Source: Planctomycetota bacterium (GTDB lineage Bacteria > Planctomycetota > B15-G4 > JADJEK01). Taken from it: a stretch of DNA of 64,000 nt. Shown here piece by piece: positions 10,235 to 19,162 of this stretch. Position 1 is the stretch's first letter; the number at the start of each line of letters is the position of its first letter. Both the position numbers and the translations under genes were made by a program. A model generated the notes under the pieces. It made no database searches and was not told where the DNA came from. It was given only the letters and a program-made list of their open reading frames with translations. Location: assembly GCA_044225365.1 (NCBI GenBank), contig JBGAIQ010000025.1, positions 1 to 64,000 of the forward strand, written 5' to 3'.

Positions 10235-11341
10235 TCACATCCTGCGCTTCACGCTCGAGAAGTCGCAGAACTGGCGAAGCAGTTCCTTGTATTCGTCTCG
10301 GAGGTGCAGCCGGTCGACGAGGGCCTGCGACTTCGCGTTGTACTCGTTCGCGAGATCGAGGGCGAACTCGAGGCCGTGGTACTTCTTGACCAGGTCGTAG
10401 ACCTTTCGCTTCTGATCCTCGTCGCGCGTTCGCGAGTTCAAGATGGTCTCGATGAGTCTTGCGTCGTCCTTCGAGGCGGTGCGCAGGACGTGATTGATGA
10501 GCAGCGTGCGACGGCCCGTCGTGATGTCCTCGCCCGCGATCTTCCCCCACGCCTCGGAGTCCGGCTCCATGTCGAGGTTGTCGCCCTTCACGTGGTAACC
10601 GATGAGGACGTACTCCCCGAGCTTCTCGAGGATCGGGATGTCCTCCGCGGGCGCTCCCGCGATGATCGCGGCGTAGCGCAATGGGCCGCGGAACGAAAGG
10701 AACGCGCAGCGGGCGATCGTCTCCTGCAGGTACTGCGGGATCGTGACCGTGTTCTTGTTCGCCGCCGTCCAGTACAGCTCCTCGATCTGCCCGTAGCCCA
10801 TTTGGATGTGCTCGAACGCGACGGCGTCGAGCAACTCGAGTGCGACGGAAGTGGGAAGACCGAGCAGATTGTCGTTGAAGATCCGATGCGACAGCGAGAA
10901 CGCCGTACACGACGAGATGTTCGCGATCGCGTAGCCGTGCGCGATGTGGCCGCAAGGACCGCCCCGTCGCAGTTCGGAGTGATCGATGTAGTCGTCCATC
11001 ATGATGGAGCTGTCCTCCATCACCTCGATCGCTCCCATCAATGCGCCGAAGCGATTCGAGTCCTCGCCGTAGGCGTCGAGCACGAGCGCGACGAGGACGG
11101 GTCGCAGCATCTTGCCGCCGCGATCGAGGTACTCGTGAGTCGGACGCAGCACGGTGTCGGCAATCGTCTCGAGGTCGGGCTCGAACAACGGTTCGAGTCC
11201 AGTCACCTGTTCGAGGTCGCGCTTCGTCATCACGCGTGGGAAGTAGTCGTCGATCTCCCGCTTCACTCGCTCGTACTTGGCGAGGTAGTAGTCGCGGAAC
11301 TCGGTGGGCATGCCGTCGACGATCTTGTCGATCTTGCTCAT
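10235..11341 (-). CDS. Trans-polyprenyl diphosphate synthase family protein with atypical second Asp-rich motif
   Basis: GGKMLRP, DDYIDHSELRRG (FARM), GQ, GKIAGEDITTGRRTL; the SARM position reads YHVKGDNLD. Confidence 0.9.
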   Translation of the reverse strand: MSKIDKIVDGMPTEFRDYYLAKYERVKREIDDYFPRVMTKRDLEQVTGLEPLFEPDLETIADTVLRPTHEYLDRGGKMLRPVLVALVLDAYGEDSNRFGALMGAIEVMEDSSIMMDDYIDHSELRRGGPCGHIAHGYAIANISSCTAFSLSHRIFNDNLLGLPTSVALELLDAVAFEHIQMGYGQIEELYWTAANKNTVTIPQYLQETIARCAFLSFRGPLRYAAIIAGAPAEDIPILEKLGEYVLIGYHVKGDNLDMEPDSEAWGKIAGEDITTGRRTLLINHVLRTASKDDARLIETILNSRTRDEDQKRKVYDLVKKYHGLEFALDLANEYNAKSQALVDRLHLRDEYKELLRQFCDFSSVKRRM

Positions 11342-11345
11342 CGTC

Positions 11346-12422
11346 TCACTCCTTCTCGAACGCCGCGGAGAAGGACTGCGCCGCGTGGGGCAGAAGGTGC
11401 GCCCGCGTGAGCTCGTCGCGAAACAGGCGGACGTGCTGGAGTTCCTCGTCGCGCATCGTTCGAAGGGTCTCCACGCGACAACCCTCTCGCGCGACGCGTG
11501 CGAGCGCTCGCGCAACGTGCTTCACTCGCGGGAACCGGGTGCCGGACAACGGCGCGAGATCGACGGCGAGGCGGTCCGCCGCGACCACTGAACCCGGAAA
11601 CCACATCGGCAGCGACACGTCGTGCTCCGGCGCATCGTCCGGTTCGCGGAAGTCCGTGAGCGACTTCCTTTCGAGCCGCAACTTCACCGCCACGGAGAGG
11701 TGGGAGAACGCTCGCTTCACGGCCGCGAGGTCTTCTTCGCTCCGTCCCACGAGAACCGTCGCCATCGCAGCGGGCGAGATCACGAGTTCGCAGAGGAGCA
11801 TGGGAGCGATCGCGAGCCATTGACCGCGGGTGACCCCGGAGAATCCCCGGTGAGCGAATCGAACGAAGCACGCTCGCGCGATCCCGGTGGCCGTGAACGA
11901 TCGATGCCCCCATCGATGCACCCCGATCCGCACTTCGGGCGCGACGTCGAGTTCGTTCGTCACGATGAGCCAGCGCGGATAGTTGTTGAGCCACTGCGCC
12001 CCGTAGCGCAATTGAACGAGCCGCTCCGCCGTCGCCTGATCCGGCGTCTTGTCCGCGAACGCGCCGTGATAGTTGAAGTGATCGTTGATGCGAGTCGCGA
12101 AGTGGGCGTACTCGAGGATGACGGCGGCGTGACGTGCGCCCTTGCTCTCACAGCCGTACTCGCGCAATACCGCGTGGAGCAGCGCCCCCGCCCCGCTCGG
12201 CCGCTCGAGGAAGGGCTTCGCGAGATCGAGGAACCCGGCGTGGATCGGTTCGAAGTCCCAATCGAACTCGGTCTCGCGGATCACTTTCGCGAGCAAGTGC
12301 TGGGGGTCTTCGAGCAAGGCGCGCTCGCGCGCGAGGCGACCCTCGACGAAGGCCCGATCGGCCGGTGTCACATAGTGATCATCGATCTGCGCGAGCAGGG
12401 CTGCGATGGGCGATGCGTTCAT
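11346..12422 (-). CDS. Degenerate polyprenyl-synthase-like protein (possible non-catalytic subunit)
   Basis: Similar length to the adjacent synthase; ILEYAHFATRINDHFNYH aligns by eye with IEVMEDSSIMMDDYIDH; no DDxxD. The ORF is solid but the function is tentative. Confidence 0.6.
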   Translation of the reverse strand: MNASPIAALLAQIDDHYVTPADRAFVEGRLARERALLEDPQHLLAKVIRETEFDWDFEPIHAGFLDLAKPFLERPSGAGALLHAVLREYGCESKGARHAAVILEYAHFATRINDHFNYHGAFADKTPDQATAERLVQLRYGAQWLNNYPRWLIVTNELDVAPEVRIGVHRWGHRSFTATGIARACFVRFAHRGFSGVTRGQWLAIAPMLLCELVISPAAMATVLVGRSEEDLAAVKRAFSHLSVAVKLRLERKSLTDFREPDDAPEHDVSLPMWFPGSVVAADRLAVDLAPLSGTRFPRVKHVARALARVAREGCRVETLRTMRDEELQHVRLFRDELTRAHLLPHAAQSFSAAFEKE

Positions 12423-12460
12423 GGTCTCTTCAGGGATTGCGCCGGGCGATGGCATCGACG

Positions 12461-13522
12461 TCAGTGTTGCGCTGGGGTCGTCTTGCGGAACTCCGCTCGC
12501 GCGGACTCGAGGGTCGCTCGCGCCGCGTCCGGGATCGCGCGGTCCTTCGCGAACTTCACGGAGAGCTCATCGCGCCAGGTCGTCCATAGCGCGTTCTCTG
12601 CCGCGGTCGGGACGTGGATCGAGAAGCCCGCTCGCTCGAGCACGCGACGGAAGGAGTCGGCTCGGCTCTTGCGATCGTCCTCGATCTTCGAGAAGCCCGC
12701 CTTCAACTCGGCTTGGAAGATCGCGCGATCGGCTTCGGCGAGCGACTCGATCGCGGCGCTCCGCATCACGAGTTGGAAGTCGACGACGAAGAGCGGCAGA
12801 TCGAGGAGGAACCGCAGATGTCGGTGCCACTGCTTCAGGATCGCGAGATCGGGCAACGTCATGACGCAATCGACGCTCTTCGGACTCTTGCCGCCGGCGT
12901 CGTCGAGCGGGGCCGTGAGCGCCGCCTCCACCTCGTCGAATCCGAGCGGAACGGGGATCGCGCCGGTCATCCCGAAGTCGAACTCCGCGCCGGGTTGCTT
13001 CGGCGTCCACAACCGGCGACCCTTGAAGTCGGACGGGACGATGAGCGGCGCCCGCGCGAGCAGGTACGCGAAGCCCATCCCCGATCGGGCGACGATTTCG
13101 AGCCCGTGGCTCGCGATCTCCTTGGCGACGGTCGGCAGGAGCTTGCTCGCGATGAACGCCGCCTCGTCGAACGACTGAGCGGCGAGCGGCATCACGATCG
13201 CAGCCAAACTCGGAGAAACGCTCGCGAGCAATGCCGACGGCAGGACCGCACCGTCGAGTTCGCCCTTCTCCAGCGCCGGGAGATCGTCCTGGCCGAGCGT
13301 GGTCTGACCCACGAGTTCGATCTTGACCCGTCCTTCGGTCTTGGCTGTCACGGCGCGCGCCGCGGAATCGAGTGCGTCGAACGCACGGAAACCCTTCGGA
13401 AAGCCGCTCGCGATCCTCAACGAGGTCGCCGCAAGCCCACGACGCGAAGCGAAGATCGGCCCCGCCGCGAGCGCCGAGCCGACGAGCGCGCAGAAGTTCC
13501 GCCGATTCAATACGGAGACCAC
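12461..13522 (-). CDS. dctP: TRAP transporter substrate-binding protein, DctP/TatP type, with Tat signal
   Basis: NRRNFCAL twin-arginine signal; KTEGRVKIEL, GELDGAV, DFKGRRLW, GAIPVPL. Confidence 0.85.
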   Translation of the reverse strand: MVSVLNRRNFCALVGSALAAGPIFASRRGLAATSLRIASGFPKGFRAFDALDSAARAVTAKTEGRVKIELVGQTTLGQDDLPALEKGELDGAVLPSALLASVSPSLAAIVMPLAAQSFDEAAFIASKLLPTVAKEIASHGLEIVARSGMGFAYLLARAPLIVPSDFKGRRLWTPKQPGAEFDFGMTGAIPVPLGFDEVEAALTAPLDDAGGKSPKSVDCVMTLPDLAILKQWHRHLRFLLDLPLFVVDFQLVMRSAAIESLAEADRAIFQAELKAGFSKIEDDRKSRADSFRRVLERAGFSIHVPTAAENALWTTWRDELSVKFAKDRAIPDAARATLESARAEFRKTTPAQH

Positions 13523-14409
13523 GGGTCCTTCTCTCCGGAAAGCACCGCGCGAGCGCGATGCTGAGCGATGACGTTCAATAGTGTCTTGCCGGGCGCCCGC
13601 GGATCCGCCGCGACGACTTCACGCAGGAGCCGATCTCGCATCGCGAGGTCGCCCTTGCGCGCCGCATAGTGCAGCGCGAGCCCGACCTTCGCGGTGAAGT
13701 CCGTTCCCCCGGAGATCTCGAGCAATCGCTCGAAGTGACGCCGCGCCGGTTCGAGGTCGCCGCCTTGTTCGGGCGAGACCATCGAGGCGAAGCCGCCGAG
13801 ATAGAGATGCGCGATGCCGTTGCCCGCGGTCTCGTCGAGCACGAGGACTCGTTCGAGGATCGAGCGCACGCGCGGCAGATCGCCGACGGCCTCGAGGTCC
13901 TCCCCGGCCGAGCGGATGTACGCGGCCCAGGCCGACCCGATCGCGAGCAGGGCAGGGACGTCGTCCTTCGTCGCCCGGGCGAGCTTGCGATCGAGTTCGT
14001 CGAAGGTGCACTCTCGAAGCCCCTGCAACTCGGGATTGCTGCGCTTCACGCCCTCTTCGGCGTAACGATAGGCTTTCTTGGCGAGCACGCGGAACCGCTC
14101 GGGCTGCGCGTAGGAGAGGCTCGCGAGGGCGGAGTTGAGCTGAGCGCCCGCGAGCCAGGGCTGCGGCTCCTCGGGATTTCCGGCAAGGATGCCATCGAGC
14201 AGGATCACGAAGGCAGGCACGCCCGCGATGACCGTGTCGATGTCCTCGCTGTCGAACACCGCACGACCCATGCGTTCCATGAACGCCGAGTCGAGCTTCG
14301 GCTGGAACAGCGAACAACCGGTCGTGAGAGCCACGAGGCTCACGACCAGGGCGCGAGACGGGCTCCAGCATCCTCGCTCGACGCCGGGGTTCGCGCAGCG
14401 GTTCGTCAC
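13507..14409 (-). CDS. TRAP transporter TatT component (TPAT) lipoprotein
   Basis: LTTGC lipobox; DLPRVRSILERVLVLDE...AHLYLG...GGDLEPARRHFERLLEIS...NVIAQHRA; adjacent to DctP. Start is uncertain. Confidence 0.8.
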   Translation of the reverse strand: MTNRCANPGVERGCWSPSRALVVSLVALTTGCSLFQPKLDSAFMERMGRAVFDSEDIDTVIAGVPAFVILLDGILAGNPEEPQPWLAGAQLNSALASLSYAQPERFRVLAKKAYRYAEEGVKRSNPELQGLRECTFDELDRKLARATKDDVPALLAIGSAWAAYIRSAGEDLEAVGDLPRVRSILERVLVLDETAGNGIAHLYLGGFASMVSPEQGGDLEPARRHFERLLEISGGTDFTAKVGLALHYAARKGDLAMRDRLLREVVAADPRAPGKTLLNVIAQHRARAVLSGEKDPWSPY

Positions 14410-14419
14410 GTGTCGGGGG

Positions 14420-15196
14420 TCAGACGGCCTGTTCGCGCAGGTTCCGGCGCACGCGCGGCCGGATCGCGACAGCGCTCGGCGGCGCGACCTCGCGCGCATG
14501 CTTCATGAACTCGATGACGGCGTCACGCGTGATTCCGGTCGTGCGATCGCCCTTCGAACACACCGCGCCCCGGACGCCGACGATGTCCGCGCCGACGTTC
14601 GACAGCACCGCGATGTGCTCGCGCTTCACCGAGCCGGCGAGCGCGACGAGCAGTCCGAACGAATGCGCGAGCTCGGTGAACTCCCTCAGGTCCTTCTCGC
14701 TGAGCGAGTCGAAGAGATTCTTGCCGTCCTTCATGAACGTGTCGAGCATCGCCACGTCCGACCCGGACTCGTGAGCCGCGCGGACGATGTCGAGATGATT
14801 CACGCCGCCGAAGCGCTTCCAATCGGCATATCCCGAAGCGACCGTGATGACGTCATTGCTGACCATCCGCACCGACTTCACGACCGACGTCATCATCTCA
14901 CGCGCTTGCTCGAGATTGGTGGCGCCATGCAGACCCGCCTTGACGTAGTCGACGCCGCATTGCGCGCAGCCGTAGGCGGCGAGGCCCGCCGTTCCCGGCT
15001 TGAAGGGCAGGTCGCCGAGAGTCGCGGAGAGCATCACGCCCTTGCCGCCGAGCGTCTCGACGATCGACTTCAGCATCCAGGGGGGCTGCGCTCCGAGCGA
15101 CCCTTCCTTGACGTTCTTGAGGTCAAGGATGTCGCAACCACCCTCGATGACGATCTTCGCTTCTTCGAGCGAGATCGGACTGATCAGTACCTTCAT
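14420..15196 (-). CDS. mfnB: (5-formylfuran-3-yl)methyl phosphate synthase (4-HFC-P synthase), archaeal-type
   Basis: LISP..EEA...GGCDILDLKNVKEGSLGA.PPW, SATLGDLPFKPGT, DYVKAGL, GYAD, AMLDTFMKDGK, ALAGS and DIVGVRGAVC follow methanogen MfnB closely; Asp25 and Lys27 positions are retained. Confidence 0.93.
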   Translation of the reverse strand: MKVLISPISLEEAKIVIEGGCDILDLKNVKEGSLGAQPPWMLKSIVETLGGKGVMLSATLGDLPFKPGTAGLAAYGCAQCGVDYVKAGLHGATNLEQAREMMTSVVKSVRMVSNDVITVASGYADWKRFGGVNHLDIVRAAHESGSDVAMLDTFMKDGKNLFDSLSEKDLREFTELAHSFGLLVALAGSVKREHIAVLSNVGADIVGVRGAVCSKGDRTTGITRDAVIEFMKHAREVAPPSAVAIRPRVRRNLREQAV

Positions 15197-15542
15197 ACGT
15201 CCTCACGTCACGGGCCGCATTCACTGCCGAACTTGCCGATTACGAGGAGCCGCGCATTCCGGTTCCTCGGCGGTCGCAAGTGTCTTTGGGTCGTCGGCTG
15301 GATCCACGGGGCGCCGCGCGCCCTAGGCGAGAATCGTCGCTCGATCACTCCTCTGCCGAAGCCGGCCCCGCAGAGGATGCCGGACTCCGACCGAACGCGG
15401 CACCGTCGCCACGCCGTACACTCGGTCGAATCGTAACCTTCGAAGCTCGATTGTCACGCATCTCGTCCTGGCATCGCGTGGACTGCGGACTCCAGGTTCC
15501 ATCGTTGAGGTTCGGGGCGAGGAACGGTCAAGTAGCCAGGAC

Positions 15543-17840
15543 ATGCGATCCTCCTTCGTCCGCACCTTTGCCCGCGTGCCCGTGGAATGGCCGAAATCCA
15601 CGTTGCTGGTCTTCCTCGTCCTCGCGGCCGCGGCGCTCTACCCGCCGCCGTCCTTCCAGATGCATCAGGAGGACGTCAACGATCTCGATTCCGACGACCC
15701 CGAGATCCGGCTGCTCGCCGAGTTCAACAGGAAGTTCGGCGACGAAGAGGTCCTGCTCGTCGCACTGGAGTCGAAGGACGCCTTCGCCGAGGATTCGCTG
15801 CGACATCTCGAACGCGTGAGCGAGGCCGTCGCAAATCTCCCCACCGTCGACCGCGTATATTCCCTGTTCACCGTCGACGACTTCAAAGTCGAAGGCGGGC
15901 AGATGGGGTCGGAACGCTTCCTGCGGGAGCAGCCGAGGACACCCGAGGAACGCGCCGCGAAACGGGATTTGGCGCTCCACAACTCGACCTTTTCCGGCTT
16001 CCTGCTGTCGAAGGATGGAACCGTTGCGACGGTCACCGCGGTCCTCCGCAAGGAGAATGGTGCCGTGCCGCAACGCGCAGAGGTCGCGAAGCGGCTGCGG
16101 GAGATCGCGGCCGATGGCCGCCCGGCGGACATGCACAGCTACGTCACCGGGCGCGGCGCGCTGTTCCTCGAAGCGGACGAAGCCGGTCGCAAGGACCTGA
16201 AGCGCTACCTGTGGCTGACGCCCCTCCTCATCGTCGGCCTCCTCTACTGGGTGTTCCGCAGCTTCCGCAGCATCGCGATCGCCCTCTTCGTGTGCGGCCT
16301 CGCGGTCACGGTCACCGTCGCCCTCTACATCCGTGCGGGAAATCCCGCAGGGATGATGTTCGCCGTGCTTCCGATCCAGGTCGGCGTCATCTGTCTGTCC
16401 GACATCATCCACCTGCTCGCTCGCGGGCAGGAGTGCGTGCTCGAACTCGGACGGGAAGGGCAAGGGGGCGACAAGAAGGCGGCCTTGCGGGCGACGATGG
16501 AGCACATGATCCCGGCCTGCTTCTACACGGCCCTCACGAGCGCGATCGGGTTCTTCTCGTTCACCTCCGCGGGCCTCGGCTCGCTCGTGACCCTCGGCCT
16601 GTGGGTCGGCATCGGGATCCTGCTCGCCTGGGTCCTCGCGATGACGCTGGTCCCCGCGCTCCTCGCCCTGCTGCCCTCCCGCCGCGAGTCCGAGCAGGTC
16701 CATTTCGCGCCCTGGATCTCGGGCTACCTCGTCGAGATGGCGGTGAACCTGGTCGCCAGTTCGAAGCGGAAGCGAACCGGGGTGACGCTCGCCTGGATCG
16801 TGGCCCTCGTGATCGCCGGATTCGGCGTCGCGCGACTCGACGTCGATTCGGACTTCACGAGCTACCTGCCGCCGGACTCCGAGACGTCGGTGGCGTCGCG
16901 GATCCTGCGCGACAAGCTCGCGGGAACAGCGACGCTCGAGGTCCTGCTCGAAGGCGAGAAGCTGTGCTTCGAGGAGCCCTACGCGATCGCGGCCCTCGCG
17001 AGCGTCGATGCCTATCTGCACACGCGTCCCGAGGTCGACAAGACGTTCTCGGTCCTCGACTTCATGAAGCGCATGAGCGAGGCGCGCGGCGGCGGCAAGG
17101 GCACGATCCCGAGCGATCCGGCGGGATTGACCGAAGCGTTCTTCGTGCTCGAAGGCAGCTCCGAGGTCGATCGCTTCATCACGAAGGATCGCGATGCGGC
17201 GAGGATCTCGATCCGGTTGAACGCACACTCGACGAAGGGACCGGTCGAGGTGGTGCGCGGGCTCGAGGAGTTCCGCACGTCGCTCGATCCGCGACTGAAG
17301 CTGTCGACGACCGGCGTGTCGAAGATCTTCGCTGCGACGTCGCAGGCGCTCGTCTACGGCGAGACGAAGTCGCTGTTCCAATCGCTGTTCTGGGTGTCGC
17401 TCGCGCTGCTCGTAGCGGTGCGCTCGTGGCGGATGGGTTTGATCGCGCTGCTCCCGAACGTCGCGCCGATCCTCATCACGCTCGGCACGATGGGGTGGCT
17501 GCACGTGCCGCTCGACATCGCGACGATCCTCGTCGGATCGATGGCGCTCGGAATCGCGGTCGACGACACGATCCACCTGATCACACGGCACACCGAGGAG
17601 CAGGGAATCGAGCCCCGCGGCGCGCTGGTGCGGACGCTGCGCTCTTCGGGTCACCCGTCGATCTTCACGACGTTCGTGTTCACGGGGGGATTCCTGGTAT
17701 TCCTGCTGTCGAGCTTCCCGCCGATGCGCGCGTTCGGCGCGCTCGCCGCCTACGCGATGATCGTGGCGATGTTCGCGGACCTCACGCTGCTCCCACTTCT
17801 CTTGCGCGGCCCGCGCGAACTTGAACCGCGGGGCGGGTGA
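15543..17840 (+). CDS. MMPL/RND family lipid exporter
   Basis: Two repeats of periplasmic domain plus TM bundle; TALTSAIGFFSF, ALGIAVDDTIH, ADLTLLP; divergent from mfnB. Confidence 0.92.
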   Translation: MRSSFVRTFARVPVEWPKSTLLVFLVLAAAALYPPPSFQMHQEDVNDLDSDDPEIRLLAEFNRKFGDEEVLLVALESKDAFAEDSLRHLERVSEAVANLPTVDRVYSLFTVDDFKVEGGQMGSERFLREQPRTPEERAAKRDLALHNSTFSGFLLSKDGTVATVTAVLRKENGAVPQRAEVAKRLREIAADGRPADMHSYVTGRGALFLEADEAGRKDLKRYLWLTPLLIVGLLYWVFRSFRSIAIALFVCGLAVTVTVALYIRAGNPAGMMFAVLPIQVGVICLSDIIHLLARGQECVLELGREGQGGDKKAALRATMEHMIPACFYTALTSAIGFFSFTSAGLGSLVTLGLWVGIGILLAWVLAMTLVPALLALLPSRRESEQVHFAPWISGYLVEMAVNLVASSKRKRTGVTLAWIVALVIAGFGVARLDVDSDFTSYLPPDSETSVASRILRDKLAGTATLEVLLEGEKLCFEEPYAIAALASVDAYLHTRPEVDKTFSVLDFMKRMSEARGGGKGTIPSDPAGLTEAFFVLEGSSEVDRFITKDRDAARISIRLNAHSTKGPVEVVRGLEEFRTSLDPRLKLSTTGVSKIFAATSQALVYGETKSLFQSLFWVSLALLVAVRSWRMGLIALLPNVAPILITLGTMGWLHVPLDIATILVGSMALGIAVDDTIHLITRHTEEQGIEPRGALVRTLRSSGHPSIFTTFVFTGGFLVFLLSSFPPMRAFGALAAYAMIVAMFADLTLLPLLLRGPRELEPRGG

Positions 17841-17985
17841 CCGTCCGCGCGATCGCCGTCCGATTTCCACGCGCGGAGATTTGCCACGCCGTCTGCGGCA
17901 AACTCAGATTCGTTCCTCGCGAGTGGATGCGGCAACGCAGATGCGAGCGTCGCGGCCGTCCGTGAGGGCGAGGTCGATCGATTCA

Positions 17986-18177
17986 CACGGAGGACCACGG
18001 AGGTCAGAGGAGGACTACGGGGGTCGGAGAAGAACAGAGATTCAGGAAAGGGGCCGTCCCGCACACGCGATGCGATCGAAGCTCCTCGGCAACCGCGTTC
18101 GCAATGACCGCCGAGGTGGCCCCCTTTCCCGTTTCCTAACCTCCGTGGGCCTCCTCTGACCTCCGTGGGCCTCCGTG
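17986..18177. repeat. Imperfect ~44-bp inverted repeat pair (17986-18029 / 18134-18177) built of CACGGAGG units; REP/MITE-like
   Basis: CACGGAGGACCACGGAGGTCAGAGGAGG is nearly the reverse complement of CCTCCTCTGACCTCCGTGGGCCTCCGTG. Confidence 0.8.
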
Positions 18178-18361
18178 GAAAACTCTTCATCGTTCACCGA
18201 AAGCGCGCGCGGGAATACACGAGCGAGCGTCGCGGCAACCCGTGAGGACGCTGTCGACCGCGGCGCGATGAGTTCGCATCCGACGGCGTGCAAACCTCTG
18301 CGGCGGGTTCTTCATCGTCGTCCGTTCACACGATGCGTTCGCACCCAAGACTCTCCGGGGT

Positions 18362-19162
18362 ATGCTCCCGAGCGTGATCCAGTTGAACGTTCCCACGAAG
18401 CCCGCACTCGTGAAGATCGGCGGGTCGATCGCCACGGTCGCGGATGGCGATCATGTGAATCGCAATGTCCTGATGCGGCTCGCCGGCGAATTCCGCGAAG
18501 CCGGAATCCCGCTCGTACTCGTCCACGGCACGGGGCATGTCGGCAAGCCATGGGCCCATCGCGGCGGGTTCGCGACGAGCGGCTACCTTCCTCCGTGGGA
18601 GAAGAAGACCTCCCTCACCATTCGCTCCGAGCTGCGGAGCCTCAACCGAAAGATCGTCGAGTGCCTCTCGCACGGCGGCCTCCGCGCGATCGGAATGGAA
18701 TTCGAATCGTGGCAGGAACTCGGCAGACGCCATCCCTCCGCTGCGCGCCACCAGATCGAGGAACACCTCCATCACGAAGAGACCCCTGTCTTCTTCGGTG
18801 ACATGCTGGCGCAACCCGAAGGCGGCTATCGCGTCTACTCGAGCGACCGCATGCTCATCGATCTCGCGCGCCGCGTTCCGTTCGGGACCGGTCTCCTCCT
18901 CACCGACGTCGAGGGCGTCCTCGGCGGGACACCGGAACGACTTCTTCCCGAAGTCTCCGAAGGAACGCTCGCCCACGTCGCGCGAAGGACGAGCGACGAC
19001 GCCGATGTGAGTGCGGGCATGCGGGGCAAGCTCGCAAACGCGTTCGTGCTCGCACGGCACGTGGAACGGTGCTTCATCGCGAGCGGAATGAAGCCCGGTG
19101 TCGCCCGCGATCTCCTCCTTCGACGCGACGCGCCCGCGACGCGAATCGTGGTCGATCCGTGA
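18362..19162 (+). CDS. Isopentenyl-phosphate-kinase-like amino-acid-kinase-family protein
   Basis: VKIGGSIAT, LVHGTGHVGK, PVFFGD, SSD, TDVEGV and DVSAGMRGKL (cf. IPK DVTGGM.GK). Confidence 0.8.
   Translation: MLPSVIQLNVPTKPALVKIGGSIATVADGDHVNRNVLMRLAGEFREAGIPLVLVHGTGHVGKPWAHRGGFATSGYLPPWEKKTSLTIRSELRSLNRKIVECLSHGGLRAIGMEFESWQELGRRHPSAARHQIEEHLHHEETPVFFGDMLAQPEGGYRVYSSDRMLIDLARRVPFGTGLLLTDVEGVLGGTPERLLPEVSEGTLAHVARRTSDDADVSAGMRGKLANAFVLARHVERCFIASGMKPGVARDLLLRRDAPATRIVVDP

Noticed and set aside
9213-19162. Canonical methanofuran pathway or canonical archaeal ether-lipid pathway
   Set aside because: mfnA/C/D/F, GGGP synthase and G1P dehydrogenase were not recognised here. They could lie elsewhere in the genome.
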